The notes beneath the pieces are model-generated. The model made no database searches and was not told where the DNA came from. It saw nothing but the letters and a program-made list of their open reading frames with translations. Shown piece by piece: positions 25,107 through 33,080 of a stretch of DNA of 38,031 nucleotides; positions within the stretch are counted from its first letter, which is position 1, and each line of letters starts with the position of its first letter. Source of the stretch: Flammeovirgaceae bacterium (GTDB lineage: Bacteria; Bacteroidota; Bacteroidia; Cytophagales; Flammeovirgaceae); the NCBI GenBank assembly GCA_047633715.1, contig JBLIFI010000001.1, positions 1 to 38,031 on the forward strand, read 5' to 3'. Position numbers and translations under genes: made by a program.

Positions 25107-26516
25107 ATGAACAAGATTATCTTCTTTGAACTGAACGAAGTCCCACTTAGGATTTTTGATTACTATATAAAACACAGACCGAACTCCTGGCTTGCCAAAA
25201 ATTTTTCCAAGCTCAAGAAATATGAGACTTATTCAGAAAATGAAGGGCATCTTTCCCCATGGAATACATGGCCAACTTTACACCGTGGCGTGCCGAGTTC
25301 CAAGCATTTCATTGCCGATTTCAACCAAAACATGACTTTGGTAGATAAAGAATTTCCAACAATTTGGAATATTCTAGCCAAAAACAAAATCAAGACTGGC
25401 GTGTTCGGCTCACTCCACTCCTACCCTTTGCCTGAAAACCCTGAAAATTATAGTTTCTATGTTCCCGATATTTTTGCCGCACATCATGCTTCACATCCGA
25501 AAAATGTAGAGATTTTCCAGAAATTCAATCTGAAACTTTCTAGGCAATCTACCAGAAATGTAGATGGCTCTACTCCTATTGTGGATGGTGCAAAATTATT
25601 GCTGAACAGCACAAGTTTGGGTTTCAAATTCAAGACGATGGCGAGTATTGGCAAGCAATTGGCAGAGGAAAAAGTCTCTTCCTGGAAGGTTGTCAGAAGG
25701 CGAACTTATCAGACTGTGTTGTCTTTCGATGTATTTTATAAGCTGCTCGCCACCAAAAAACCTGATTTCGTTACTTTTTTCACGAATCATGTAGCTTCGA
25801 GCTTGCACAGGTATTGGGCAGCTTCATTCCCTGCGGAATACGAGAAGATGAATTATGACGACCAATGGCTCAACACGTATAGCAATGAAATTCTCTTTGC
25901 GATGGATTGGACAGATGATATGTTAAAAAGGTTAGGTGATTTTGTAGATAAAAATCCAGATTACAAACTTGTTTTTTCTTCTAGCATGGGACAAGAAGCA
26001 GTAGAATGCGAGCCGAGGGAAACTGAGTTGTACATTGAGAACTTTGATAAATTTATGAATATGGTTGGAGTTACTGACTCCAACGAATTCAAAATTATGC
26101 CTGCCATGATGCCACAATTCAACTTTTTTGTATCGGAAAATTACCGCCTCAAATTCATTGAATCTTTGGAGAATATGACTGTGAATGGCGAACCAATGTC
26201 TTTCCGAGAGCGTGAAAACTGCTTCTTCTCTGTGGATTTAGGGCATCGGAATTTGAAAGAAATAAACATCAGAATTGGCAATAAGGAAATTGCACTCGAA
26301 GACAGCGGAATGGATAATCTGGTCATCCAAGACAAATCGTCCTCCACAGCTTATCACATTCCCGAAGGACATCTATTCTCTTATCATCCAACTCAGTCAG
26401 CTTCAAATTCGCCAAATTCGCAACTTCCAACCTGCGATATTCTGCCAATTATGCTGAATAATTTTGGAGTAAAAAAAGAAGCTTATATGAATCAGGTGGA
26501 ATATGCTGAATTGTAG
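25107..26516 (+). CDS. Hypothetical protein, possibly alkaline-phosphatase superfamily (nucleotide pyrophosphatase/phosphodiesterase-like)
   Basis: A 469-aa ORF. The N-terminal layout IIFFELNEVP ... LSPWNTWPTLHRGVPSSKHFI parallels the GIDG ... SPxxWTSxxTGxxPxxHG pattern of that superfamily. The assignment is weak. Confidence 0.55.
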   Translation: MNKIIFFELNEVPLRIFDYYIKHRPNSWLAKNFSKLKKYETYSENEGHLSPWNTWPTLHRGVPSSKHFIADFNQNMTLVDKEFPTIWNILAKNKIKTGVFGSLHSYPLPENPENYSFYVPDIFAAHHASHPKNVEIFQKFNLKLSRQSTRNVDGSTPIVDGAKLLLNSTSLGFKFKTMASIGKQLAEEKVSSWKVVRRRTYQTVLSFDVFYKLLATKKPDFVTFFTNHVASSLHRYWAASFPAEYEKMNYDDQWLNTYSNEILFAMDWTDDMLKRLGDFVDKNPDYKLVFSSSMGQEAVECEPRETELYIENFDKFMNMVGVTDSNEFKIMPAMMPQFNFFVSENYRLKFIESLENMTVNGEPMSFRERENCFFSVDLGHRNLKEINIRIGNKEIALEDSGMDNLVIQDKSSSTAYHIPEGHLFSYHPTQSASNSPNSQLPTCDILPIMLNNFGVKKEAYMNQVEYAEL

Positions 26517-26536
26517 ATTTGGAAAAAATCGAATAG

Positions 26537-26571
26537 AAAACCCCTTTTGGAATACTCCAAAAAGGGTTTTT
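26537..26571. terminator. Bidirectional terminator hairpin between convergent genes
   Basis: aaaaccccttttgg-aatact-ccaaaaagggtttt forms a 14-bp stem with one mismatch. It is A/T flanked. Confidence 0.65.
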
Positions 26572-26636
26572 ACTTCTAAATTACATCAGTACGATTCCGA
26601 CAGACAAGAGTCCGTCAGCTACAGTTTCATTTGCGA

Positions 26637-27095
26637 TTATTTCACTCCTACAAAAATCTCTACTTCTGCATTATCTGGGTTTTGTGCTTTCTCTCCATAA
26701 ACCTCATAATCAGATTTGTAAGTTCTATCTAAATCAGTATTCCATATCTCCAACCAAGATTTATGGACAATTCCATCGAACAATTTTCCTTTTGAAATGA
26801 ATTTACTGAAATCTCCCCCTTCAACTATATGCCCAATCATTCCATCGGGAATGGTGTCGAAGGAACTCACTTTGCAACCCAAAACAGTATCATAAGCTTT
26901 GGTGTAATCACTTTCATAGTTGGTGTAAATAGCGAAAACACTATTCTCTAATTTATTCGGAATTTGGCTTACAATATTCTCTGCCATAAACCGATTCCAC
27001 AAATTTCCGATATCAGTCGCCCCTTGATTATTCTCGTTGGTTGTTCTCACAGAAATCCCAATTACCTTAAATGACTCCACTTTTTTCTTTTCCAT
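26637..27095 (-). CDS. GyrI-like small-molecule-binding (AraC effector-binding-type) protein
   Basis: FKVIGISVRTTNEN...IGNLW..F, then AIYTNYESDY, then WLEIWN....R.YKSDYEVYGE...NPDNAEVEIFVGVK. I prefer the start at MEKKK (27095) to the ATG at 27143. Confidence 0.8.
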   Translation of the reverse strand: MEKKKVESFKVIGISVRTTNENNQGATDIGNLWNRFMAENIVSQIPNKLENSVFAIYTNYESDYTKAYDTVLGCKVSSFDTIPDGMIGHIVEGGDFSKFISKGKLFDGIVHKSWLEIWNTDLDRTYKSDYEVYGEKAQNPDNAEVEIFVGVK

Positions 27096-27164
27096 TAGTT
27101 CCTTTTTTTGATTTGAAACAAAGGTAGAGCCCGCTTGTGTCAACGGTATGTCAGGGGTTGAAAT

Positions 27165-27881
27165 CTATTTTTCAAAAAATGAATCAAAATACTTTTGGAG
27201 AGATATTTCATGAGGTTCAAAGCTATTTTGTAATGCTTTCAAAGAACGAATACAATCCAGTCGGAATGCTCTGAAGTCATTTCTTAACCGACAATGGGCA
27301 ATCAGAATCCAATTCTCATTTGTATGAACAAGTGCGTAAGGCTCTATTTCCCTTTTGCTCAATTCCTGCTTTAGAGAAAGGTACTCTATTTCCAAAACCT
27401 GATAGTTCGTAATTGCCTGTTGGATTTCGATAAGATGATTGCTTGTGTGTTCACTTCCTTGATTTATCCTAATTTGAAGCCTGTCTGCTAACAAATTAAC
27501 CTTATCTTTTTGGGAATAGTTGAGGATGGCTTTTATTTTTTCAATTGCCTTGCCATACTCTTTTGCCAAAGAAGCATCTTTATTTCTGCTGATCATTTGC
27601 TCGGCAGTAATTAGGGCATGAGCTTCTTTTTCTGTGAACATAACAGGAGGCAACTTATAGTTTTCCACGATGGAATAGCCTTTCCCTTCCTGAGTGAAAA
27701 TGGGAATTCCTGACTGCTCCAAAATGCGAATATCCCGATAGATTGTACGTATGCTCACATCATGTTTTTCAGCGATTTCCCGAGCACTTACGACTCTTTT
27801 GGATTGGAGTTGGGTCAAAATAGCGGTTAATCTGGCAAGCCTTGGTTTGTCTTTTTCCATTTTGAAATCTGTTTTTTTCAC
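27165..27881 (-). CDS. YafY-family transcriptional regulator (HTH plus WYL domain)
   Basis: N-terminal RLARLTAILTQLQSKRVVSAREIAEKHDVSIRTIYRDIRILEQSGIPI. C-terminal WYL-like EIEYLS...REIEPYALVHTNENWILIAHC. An alternative start is at 27860. Confidence 0.85.
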   Translation of the reverse strand: MKKTDFKMEKDKPRLARLTAILTQLQSKRVVSAREIAEKHDVSIRTIYRDIRILEQSGIPIFTQEGKGYSIVENYKLPPVMFTEKEAHALITAEQMISRNKDASLAKEYGKAIEKIKAILNYSQKDKVNLLADRLQIRINQGSEHTSNHLIEIQQAITNYQVLEIEYLSLKQELSKREIEPYALVHTNENWILIAHCRLRNDFRAFRLDCIRSLKALQNSFEPHEISLQKYFDSFFEK

Positions 27882-27937
27882 TCTATGGAATTGAGATAAT
27901 CATTCTATACTATTTTCTATCGATTTACAGAAAAAAC

Positions 27938-27971
27938 AAAACCATTCCAAACAGAAGCTTGGAATGGTTTT
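27938..27971 (-). terminator. Intrinsic terminator of the TonB-dependent receptor gene
   Basis: A 13-bp stem aaaaccattccaa / ttggaatggtttt. On the minus strand it is followed by gttttttctg. Confidence 0.65.
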
Positions 27972-28009
27972 GAAATTTTTGAGGCTATTTTTCTATTTCA
28001 AAAAAAATA

Positions 28010-30886
28010 CTATCTCATAAACTCATCGAAAGTAAGCGAGATGTAGTAAAGAGAACCAATATTTGGCCCGCCCACATTAGTTACATACTCATCTCCGAAC
28101 AAGTTAGTAGCCCCTAACTTAACCATCGTTTTAATAGATTCAATTTTGTAATTGATTTGTGCATCAAGTGTAGAATAAGAATCTATGTCTCCAATTGCAA
28201 AGCTATTCTGCCAGAAGAATCCTTCTTGCCAACGATAAGCCAAATTGAAACCTAAGTTTTTCACAACTTCTCTGTTACTCAAAGAAACTTTAAATCTATT
28301 CTCTGGTGTATTGAAACCAGCTTCAAAGCCTGGATCCGCATCACCTTCATCGAAAGTAGCCCAGTTATAACTTCCATCAATTCTATAACCTTTTGGTAGT
28401 TGGTAAGCAACACCTAAACCAATTCCCTGTGAAGAAAGGTCATTTTCTGCATTTGTATAAGTTCTAAATGGACTTCCTGCTGGTAAAACCGTAGAACCTT
28501 GCGTAGTAGCAACTTTTGATATGACGTTTCTTTGAACAATAAAGTCTTGGTAACCACTATAATAGTAGTTCAAATCTAAAAGAACTTTTCCTTTAGCGAC
28601 CCTACCTTTATACCCAACCTCAAATGAGGAGAGTCTTTCTGGTTTTACATATTCTAATGCAATTGGCTGTCTTGTTGCTGCAGAGAGAACTCCTCCATCA
28701 GTAGCATCCAATGGGAATCCGTACAATTTATATCTTTCAGCATTTGCTGGTGTTCCACCAATCAAAGTAGTCGTTCCTAATGGAAAGAAGATAAATTGTG
28801 CTTGTGAATCTGGATTTCTAAAACCCGTTTGAAAAGAAGTTCTAAAATTGTGATTCTTACTTTCTCCAGCAGAATACACTATCGAAGCCCTAGGATTTAC
28901 TTGTCCATCAAAGTTTTCATTTTTATCATATCTGATAGAAGCAGCCAATTTTAATCTATCATCCATCAATTTTTTTGAAATCTGAGTATAAAACCCGTAC
29001 TCATTGATTTTAATTCTATCAAAATTACCATCTCCATCAGGATCTTCATTAAATACTGTTCCATTAGAAAACAAATCGTATTGTCTCCAGTTACCACCAA
29101 CCTGAATATCAACCACCTCAATTTGGTCAAATTGATAGTTGAATTCTGCATGATAAAGTTTAGATTCATCTACTAATTTTGCTCCTCCTCTTTGGAAAAG
29201 TGTGTTTCTAACTGTCTCAACTGCATTATTAAACTCAGCAGAACCAACTGCTGGTGTGCTAGCTTCCGCAGCAGCTCTTGCAAGAGCTGTATTTGCTACC
29301 AATGTTGTTGCAGGATCTCCACCAGCAAGTGCAGTTCCAAATTGAGTCCCAACTAAAGTACCTAAGTATGTTGGTATAAAACTAGTAGATGTCGCACTAA
29401 AAGATTCATTAGCAAGTGCTCCAACAGCAGATAAATTGTAGGAATCTCCTGCATCAGTCTGAGACATATAACCTCTCACAAAGAAGTTCGAGCCTTTCAA
29501 TTCTAGTTTATTGAAAGTCTGAGAAAAACCTCTTAAAGCATATCTCTCTCCACCTTGATAGATAGTAGATCCACTTCCTCTTCTGAAAGAATAACTAGCT
29601 TCTAAATTATCGTTGATTTTATAATGTAAAGCAGCAGATAATTTAATACTTCTTGCATCATTGTTATTGAGCAAATCTTGCTCATTAATCCCTCTTCTTC
29701 GTAAAGAAACCATACCTAAGGTGTCCATGAATGACGAAATTGCCATTTGTGTTGCAACGGTATCATTTCCAAACGCAGCAAGAAAATTTGGATTGTTAGA
29801 TAATGCACCTGATACTCCTGCATTCAAAGCAGCAATAGACCCAATGCCAGTAGTACTGGAAAAGAATGGAAGATTTACTAAGTTTTCATCTCCATATTGA
29901 TTCAAACCATCAAAAGTTTCGCTCCCTAATGCCCCAGAAGATGTTCCTGTAACATTTCTTCCTTCGTCATATCTGGTTGCTCTCCAATCTTCAGCATCTA
30001 ATATATCAACAGTTGCTTTAAATGCAAATTTATCATTGATTGCTTTCGCATATCTCACTCCAAAATTAGAATAAGGTGCCGTTCCACCTTCTTCAGAATC
30101 AGTTGCTCCGACTTTTACAGTAGCGCTTAAACCTTGATATTCAAATGGATTTTTACTATTCATAAACAGAATACCATTGAAAGCATTTGGCCCATAAAGT
30201 GCTGAAGCAGCTCCAGGAACTAGTTCCATACTTTCCATGTCCAACTCGGAAATACCCACGATATTTCCCGTAGGGAAGTTCAAAAGTGGAGAAGCGTTAT
30301 CCATTCCGTCCATTAACTGAACAAATCGAGTGTTGGCAACAGCAGCAAAACCCCTGGTATTGATTGAAGTAAAAGTCAAACTACCTTTTACAGCATTCAC
30401 ACCTTTCAAATTCTCCAGCCCATCATAAAAAGAGGGTGAAGCTGTTTGCTGGATATTGAGAATATCCATTTTCTCAACTGTTACTGGAGATTCCAAAATA
30501 CTTTCTTCTGTTCGATTGGCAGAAATGACTACTTCTTCTCCTAACATAACCAATTCTTCCATCACTACATCTAAAGTAGTAGTAGTGGCGGTTACATCCA
30601 TTTTTTGGGTGGTAAATCCAATCATAGAGAAGACCAATTTTGCAGGAACTTCGCTGACTTTGACAGAATAGGTTCCATCAATCTTTGTAACTGTTCCTTT
30701 TACAGTTCCTTCAATGACAATATTCACGCCTACTAAAGGTTCTCCACCATCTGCATCGGTAACTTTACCACTTACTGTGGTTTGAGCCATGGTAGCGTAG
30801 CTCATGAATAATAGCAACAGAACTACCTGTACGCTTGTAATGAGTTTTTTCATTTTAGAGTGAGTTTTAAATGGGTTCATTTTCAT
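28010..30886 (-). CDS. TonB-dependent outer-membrane receptor with an N-terminal carboxypeptidase-regulatory-like domain
   Basis: Signal peptide. CarboxypepD_reg block VSGKVTDADGGEPLVGVNIVIEGT..GT.T..DG.Y. Plug (PVTVEKMD, NTRGF). Long beta-barrel ending in an aromatic residue (..LTFDEFMR). An alternative start is at 30853. Confidence 0.92.
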   Translation of the reverse strand: MKMNPFKTHSKMKKLITSVQVVLLLLFMSYATMAQTTVSGKVTDADGGEPLVGVNIVIEGTVKGTVTKIDGTYSVKVSEVPAKLVFSMIGFTTQKMDVTATTTTLDVVMEELVMLGEEVVISANRTEESILESPVTVEKMDILNIQQTASPSFYDGLENLKGVNAVKGSLTFTSINTRGFAAVANTRFVQLMDGMDNASPLLNFPTGNIVGISELDMESMELVPGAASALYGPNAFNGILFMNSKNPFEYQGLSATVKVGATDSEEGGTAPYSNFGVRYAKAINDKFAFKATVDILDAEDWRATRYDEGRNVTGTSSGALGSETFDGLNQYGDENLVNLPFFSSTTGIGSIAALNAGVSGALSNNPNFLAAFGNDTVATQMAISSFMDTLGMVSLRRRGINEQDLLNNNDARSIKLSAALHYKINDNLEASYSFRRGSGSTIYQGGERYALRGFSQTFNKLELKGSNFFVRGYMSQTDAGDSYNLSAVGALANESFSATSTSFIPTYLGTLVGTQFGTALAGGDPATTLVANTALARAAAEASTPAVGSAEFNNAVETVRNTLFQRGGAKLVDESKLYHAEFNYQFDQIEVVDIQVGGNWRQYDLFSNGTVFNEDPDGDGNFDRIKINEYGFYTQISKKLMDDRLKLAASIRYDKNENFDGQVNPRASIVYSAGESKNHNFRTSFQTGFRNPDSQAQFIFFPLGTTTLIGGTPANAERYKLYGFPLDATDGGVLSAATRQPIALEYVKPERLSSFEVGYKGRVAKGKVLLDLNYYYSGYQDFIVQRNVISKVATTQGSTVLPAGSPFRTYTNAENDLSSQGIGLGVAYQLPKGYRIDGSYNWATFDEGDADPGFEAGFNTPENRFKVSLSNREVVKNLGFNLAYRWQEGFFWQNSFAIGDIDSYSTLDAQINYKIESIKTMVKLGATNLFGDEYVTNVGGPNIGSLYYISLTFDEFMR

Positions 30887-30973
30887 ACTAACAACCGATT
30901 GAAAACAATCGTATTGCCTAAATTCTTACTGAAATTAGGTAATGATTTTCACTCATGCAAAGTTGTAAGAATA

Positions 30974-32398
30974 TTATTTTTGCAATTCTTTCAGTATTTT
31001 TTGCAACTCTTCTGCATTATTCAGATCATTTTTTATAAGACTATCTAGTTTTCGTCCAATTTCCTCCATTTCTTCTCTTTTAAGAGAATCTTTCATATTC
31101 TTGAGAGATTTCGGGTCAAAATCAAACAGTTCTTTATTCCCGCCAGAGGAGGAATTACCACAGCAGCTTCCACAATCGCAATCACAACAAATATTAAAAC
31201 TACAACAATCAGAACTACCCGAATTACAACCCTTACAGTTACTACCTTCACATTTACAACTATCACAACAGCTTCCGCATCCATCGCCACATTGACTGCA
31301 CCCGTTTCCGCAATTACTACAATTATTGCAACAACTTGTACAAGGACAAACGCCTCCACCTCCTTTACAACAGCCTGTACAAGGGCAACCACCGCCACCG
31401 CCTTTACAGCAATTATCGCAAGGGCAATGTCCGCCATGGCAACAACATTGACTCATTTGCGGAGAGCCGTCACAGCAGACTCCTGAAATATCCACAAAAT
31501 CTGCCATTACCAATTGGAAAACGACTTCATCGGCTGGGGAATCGGTCATGAAAATGGGTTTGTTGCTTCTGATTTCCTGCTCCATTTTTTCAAGGGATTG
31601 GGAGAAAGCTTTCCAAAAGCTGAATCCAACTACCTCTGTTTTGTGCAATTCTGAATGAAGCGTTTTTATTTCCCGTTGGAGCTGGTTGAACTTGCTCAAT
31701 AGCCAATAATATTTATCCGAAACACTTTGCTGGTCTTTTTTCGCCTCGAAAATGATTGGATTGTATTGGTTCTCAAATAAATCTTCATCTAAATCCAACA
31801 GATGGTCGGAGACAGAAATAAGTTCACCTGTGAGTTGGAATAAATCTGCAATTTGGGAAAGTTCCTCATTTGAAGCAGAAGTTTTCTGCCCAATTTCCTG
31901 AACTGCCGAAGCGGAAAGCAAACCTGATTGGCTTCTCACATATTCATAGTCTGTGGAGTCGGTTTTGGTTAGGGAAATGTAGTTTTCCAAAACTTGTTGG
32001 AAGTTGTCTGACATTTTTGGCAGTAGTTTTTTTGCCTTTCCATCCATCCAAGCCTTTACAAGTCTCTTGTGGATCTTGGGTTTATCTACTTGCCAATCGG
32101 TTGCTTTTACCCAACCAAGCAAAACGGAGATTCTGGCTGCCACATCAATCGCTGGGTGCGAAGTCGCGTTGTTTTTTATGGTAAAAACAGCAGAAGGGCA
32201 TGGAGTTTTTATCTGTTCGCCCACCATATATTTCTCAAATGCCAGCAGCACAAGCGTCAATTCATTATTGATGAAAAGCGAGTCGAGTAAGCCATTTTGC
32301 TTTCGGAGACTGGCACAAATTGAGCAGTAAAAATTTTGATAGTTTGCCCTGGTTTCAGAATCCAGACTGCAAGTGGAAGGTTGGAGATGTCCGAGCAT
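30974..32398 (-). CDS. DUF5685-family protein with a 36-Cys Gly/Cys-rich insert and a C-terminal coiled coil
   Basis: The N-terminus MLGHLQP....Y.NFYCSICASLRK..G......NNELTLVLL and the later DHLLDLDEDLFENQYNP match my memory of the DUF5685 pattern (MFGYV.P..YCGLC..L). Residues encoded by 31136..31480 contain 36 Cys in 115 aa. No signal peptide. Confidence 0.8.
   Translation of the reverse strand: MLGHLQPSTCSLDSETRANYQNFYCSICASLRKQNGLLDSLFINNELTLVLLAFEKYMVGEQIKTPCPSAVFTIKNNATSHPAIDVAARISVLLGWVKATDWQVDKPKIHKRLVKAWMDGKAKKLLPKMSDNFQQVLENYISLTKTDSTDYEYVRSQSGLLSASAVQEIGQKTSASNEELSQIADLFQLTGELISVSDHLLDLDEDLFENQYNPIIFEAKKDQQSVSDKYYWLLSKFNQLQREIKTLHSELHKTEVVGFSFWKAFSQSLEKMEQEIRSNKPIFMTDSPADEVVFQLVMADFVDISGVCCDGSPQMSQCCCHGGHCPCDNCCKGGGGGCPCTGCCKGGGGVCPCTSCCNNCSNCGNGCSQCGDGCGSCCDSCKCEGSNCKGCNSGSSDCCSFNICCDCDCGSCCGNSSSGGNKELFDFDPKSLKNMKDSLKREEMEEIGRKLDSLIKNDLNNAEELQKILKELQK
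31322..31426 (-). repeat. 39-nt imperfect tandem coding repeat (2.7 units) inside the Cys-rich tract
   Basis: Units at 31388-31426, 31349-31387 and 31322-31348 encode CPCDNCCKGGGGG / CPCTGCCKGGGGV / CPCTSCCNN. Confidence 0.8.
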
Positions 32399-32479
32399 TA
32401 GAGAGTTGGTTAGCGTTTATCAAGTTTATTCTAACCAACAATTTCCTATTATTTTGCGGGAATTGCAAAATACCACTCA

Positions 32480-32914
32480 TTACCATTTCCCTTTTCTACG
32501 AATTTCCTGCCTTCTCATTGGCATTCCGTCAATCAAAGTAAAAAGGGTTGCGGTTGGAGTGAAATTTTCGTTTCTTGATTTGACTCCGCCATCCAATCCA
32601 ATCAGAATAATCTCAAAGCCAGACTTTGAACCTTTGTATTTGTTGTAAGTTTTATTGGAGGTTTCCCAACTTTCTAAATCCAACCCTTGCTTCATTTTTG
32701 TTGGAGTGGAAATATAGATAACCAGTTTCCGCTCACTCAATCCAACTTTGTGCTTTGTCAATTCTTCAATTTGCTTTTTCAGGATTGGGTTTTCCAAATC
32801 ACCTGCCAAAACAACTAAAACCCGATTTTCCCATTTGTGAGAAGAGATTTCTTGAGCGGTTGACATACAAGAACTGGTTAAGAGCAGAGAAAATAGGAGA
32901 GTTAATTTTAGCAT
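32480..32914 (-). CDS. Secreted DUF4174-family protein
   Basis: Signal or lipoprotein leader MLKLTLLFSLLLTSSC. Contains WENRVLVVLA, LSERKLVIY, FEIILIGLDGGVK and LFTLIDGMPMRRQE, typical of DUF4174. I prefer the start at 32914 to the ATG at 33010. Confidence 0.75.
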   Translation of the reverse strand: MLKLTLLFSLLLTSSCMSTAQEISSHKWENRVLVVLAGDLENPILKKQIEELTKHKVGLSERKLVIYISTPTKMKQGLDLESWETSNKTYNKYKGSKSGFEIILIGLDGGVKSRNENFTPTATLFTLIDGMPMRRQEIRRKGKW

Positions 32915-33080
32915 AATAGGCAAAAATTTATATTTAATTCGGCTAGAAGCCGACACCTTGCGCCACTCGCTAATAAGCGAGCGACAGATAAAATTCGAGG
33001 CACAAAACAAACTTTGTATCTCGAATATGGAAAATTTTGAACACTAACAATCTAGCCATCTGACAATCCAACCATCTATT

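Noticed and set aside
31093-31551. Four overlapping ORFs (31093..31437 -, 31101..31295 +, 31292..31486 +, 31336..31551 +) with low-complexity translations
   Set aside because: They are artefacts of the TGY/GGN-rich repeat DNA that encodes the Cys/Gly tract of the 474-aa protein. Only the long frame is continuous with recognisable N- and C-terminal domains.
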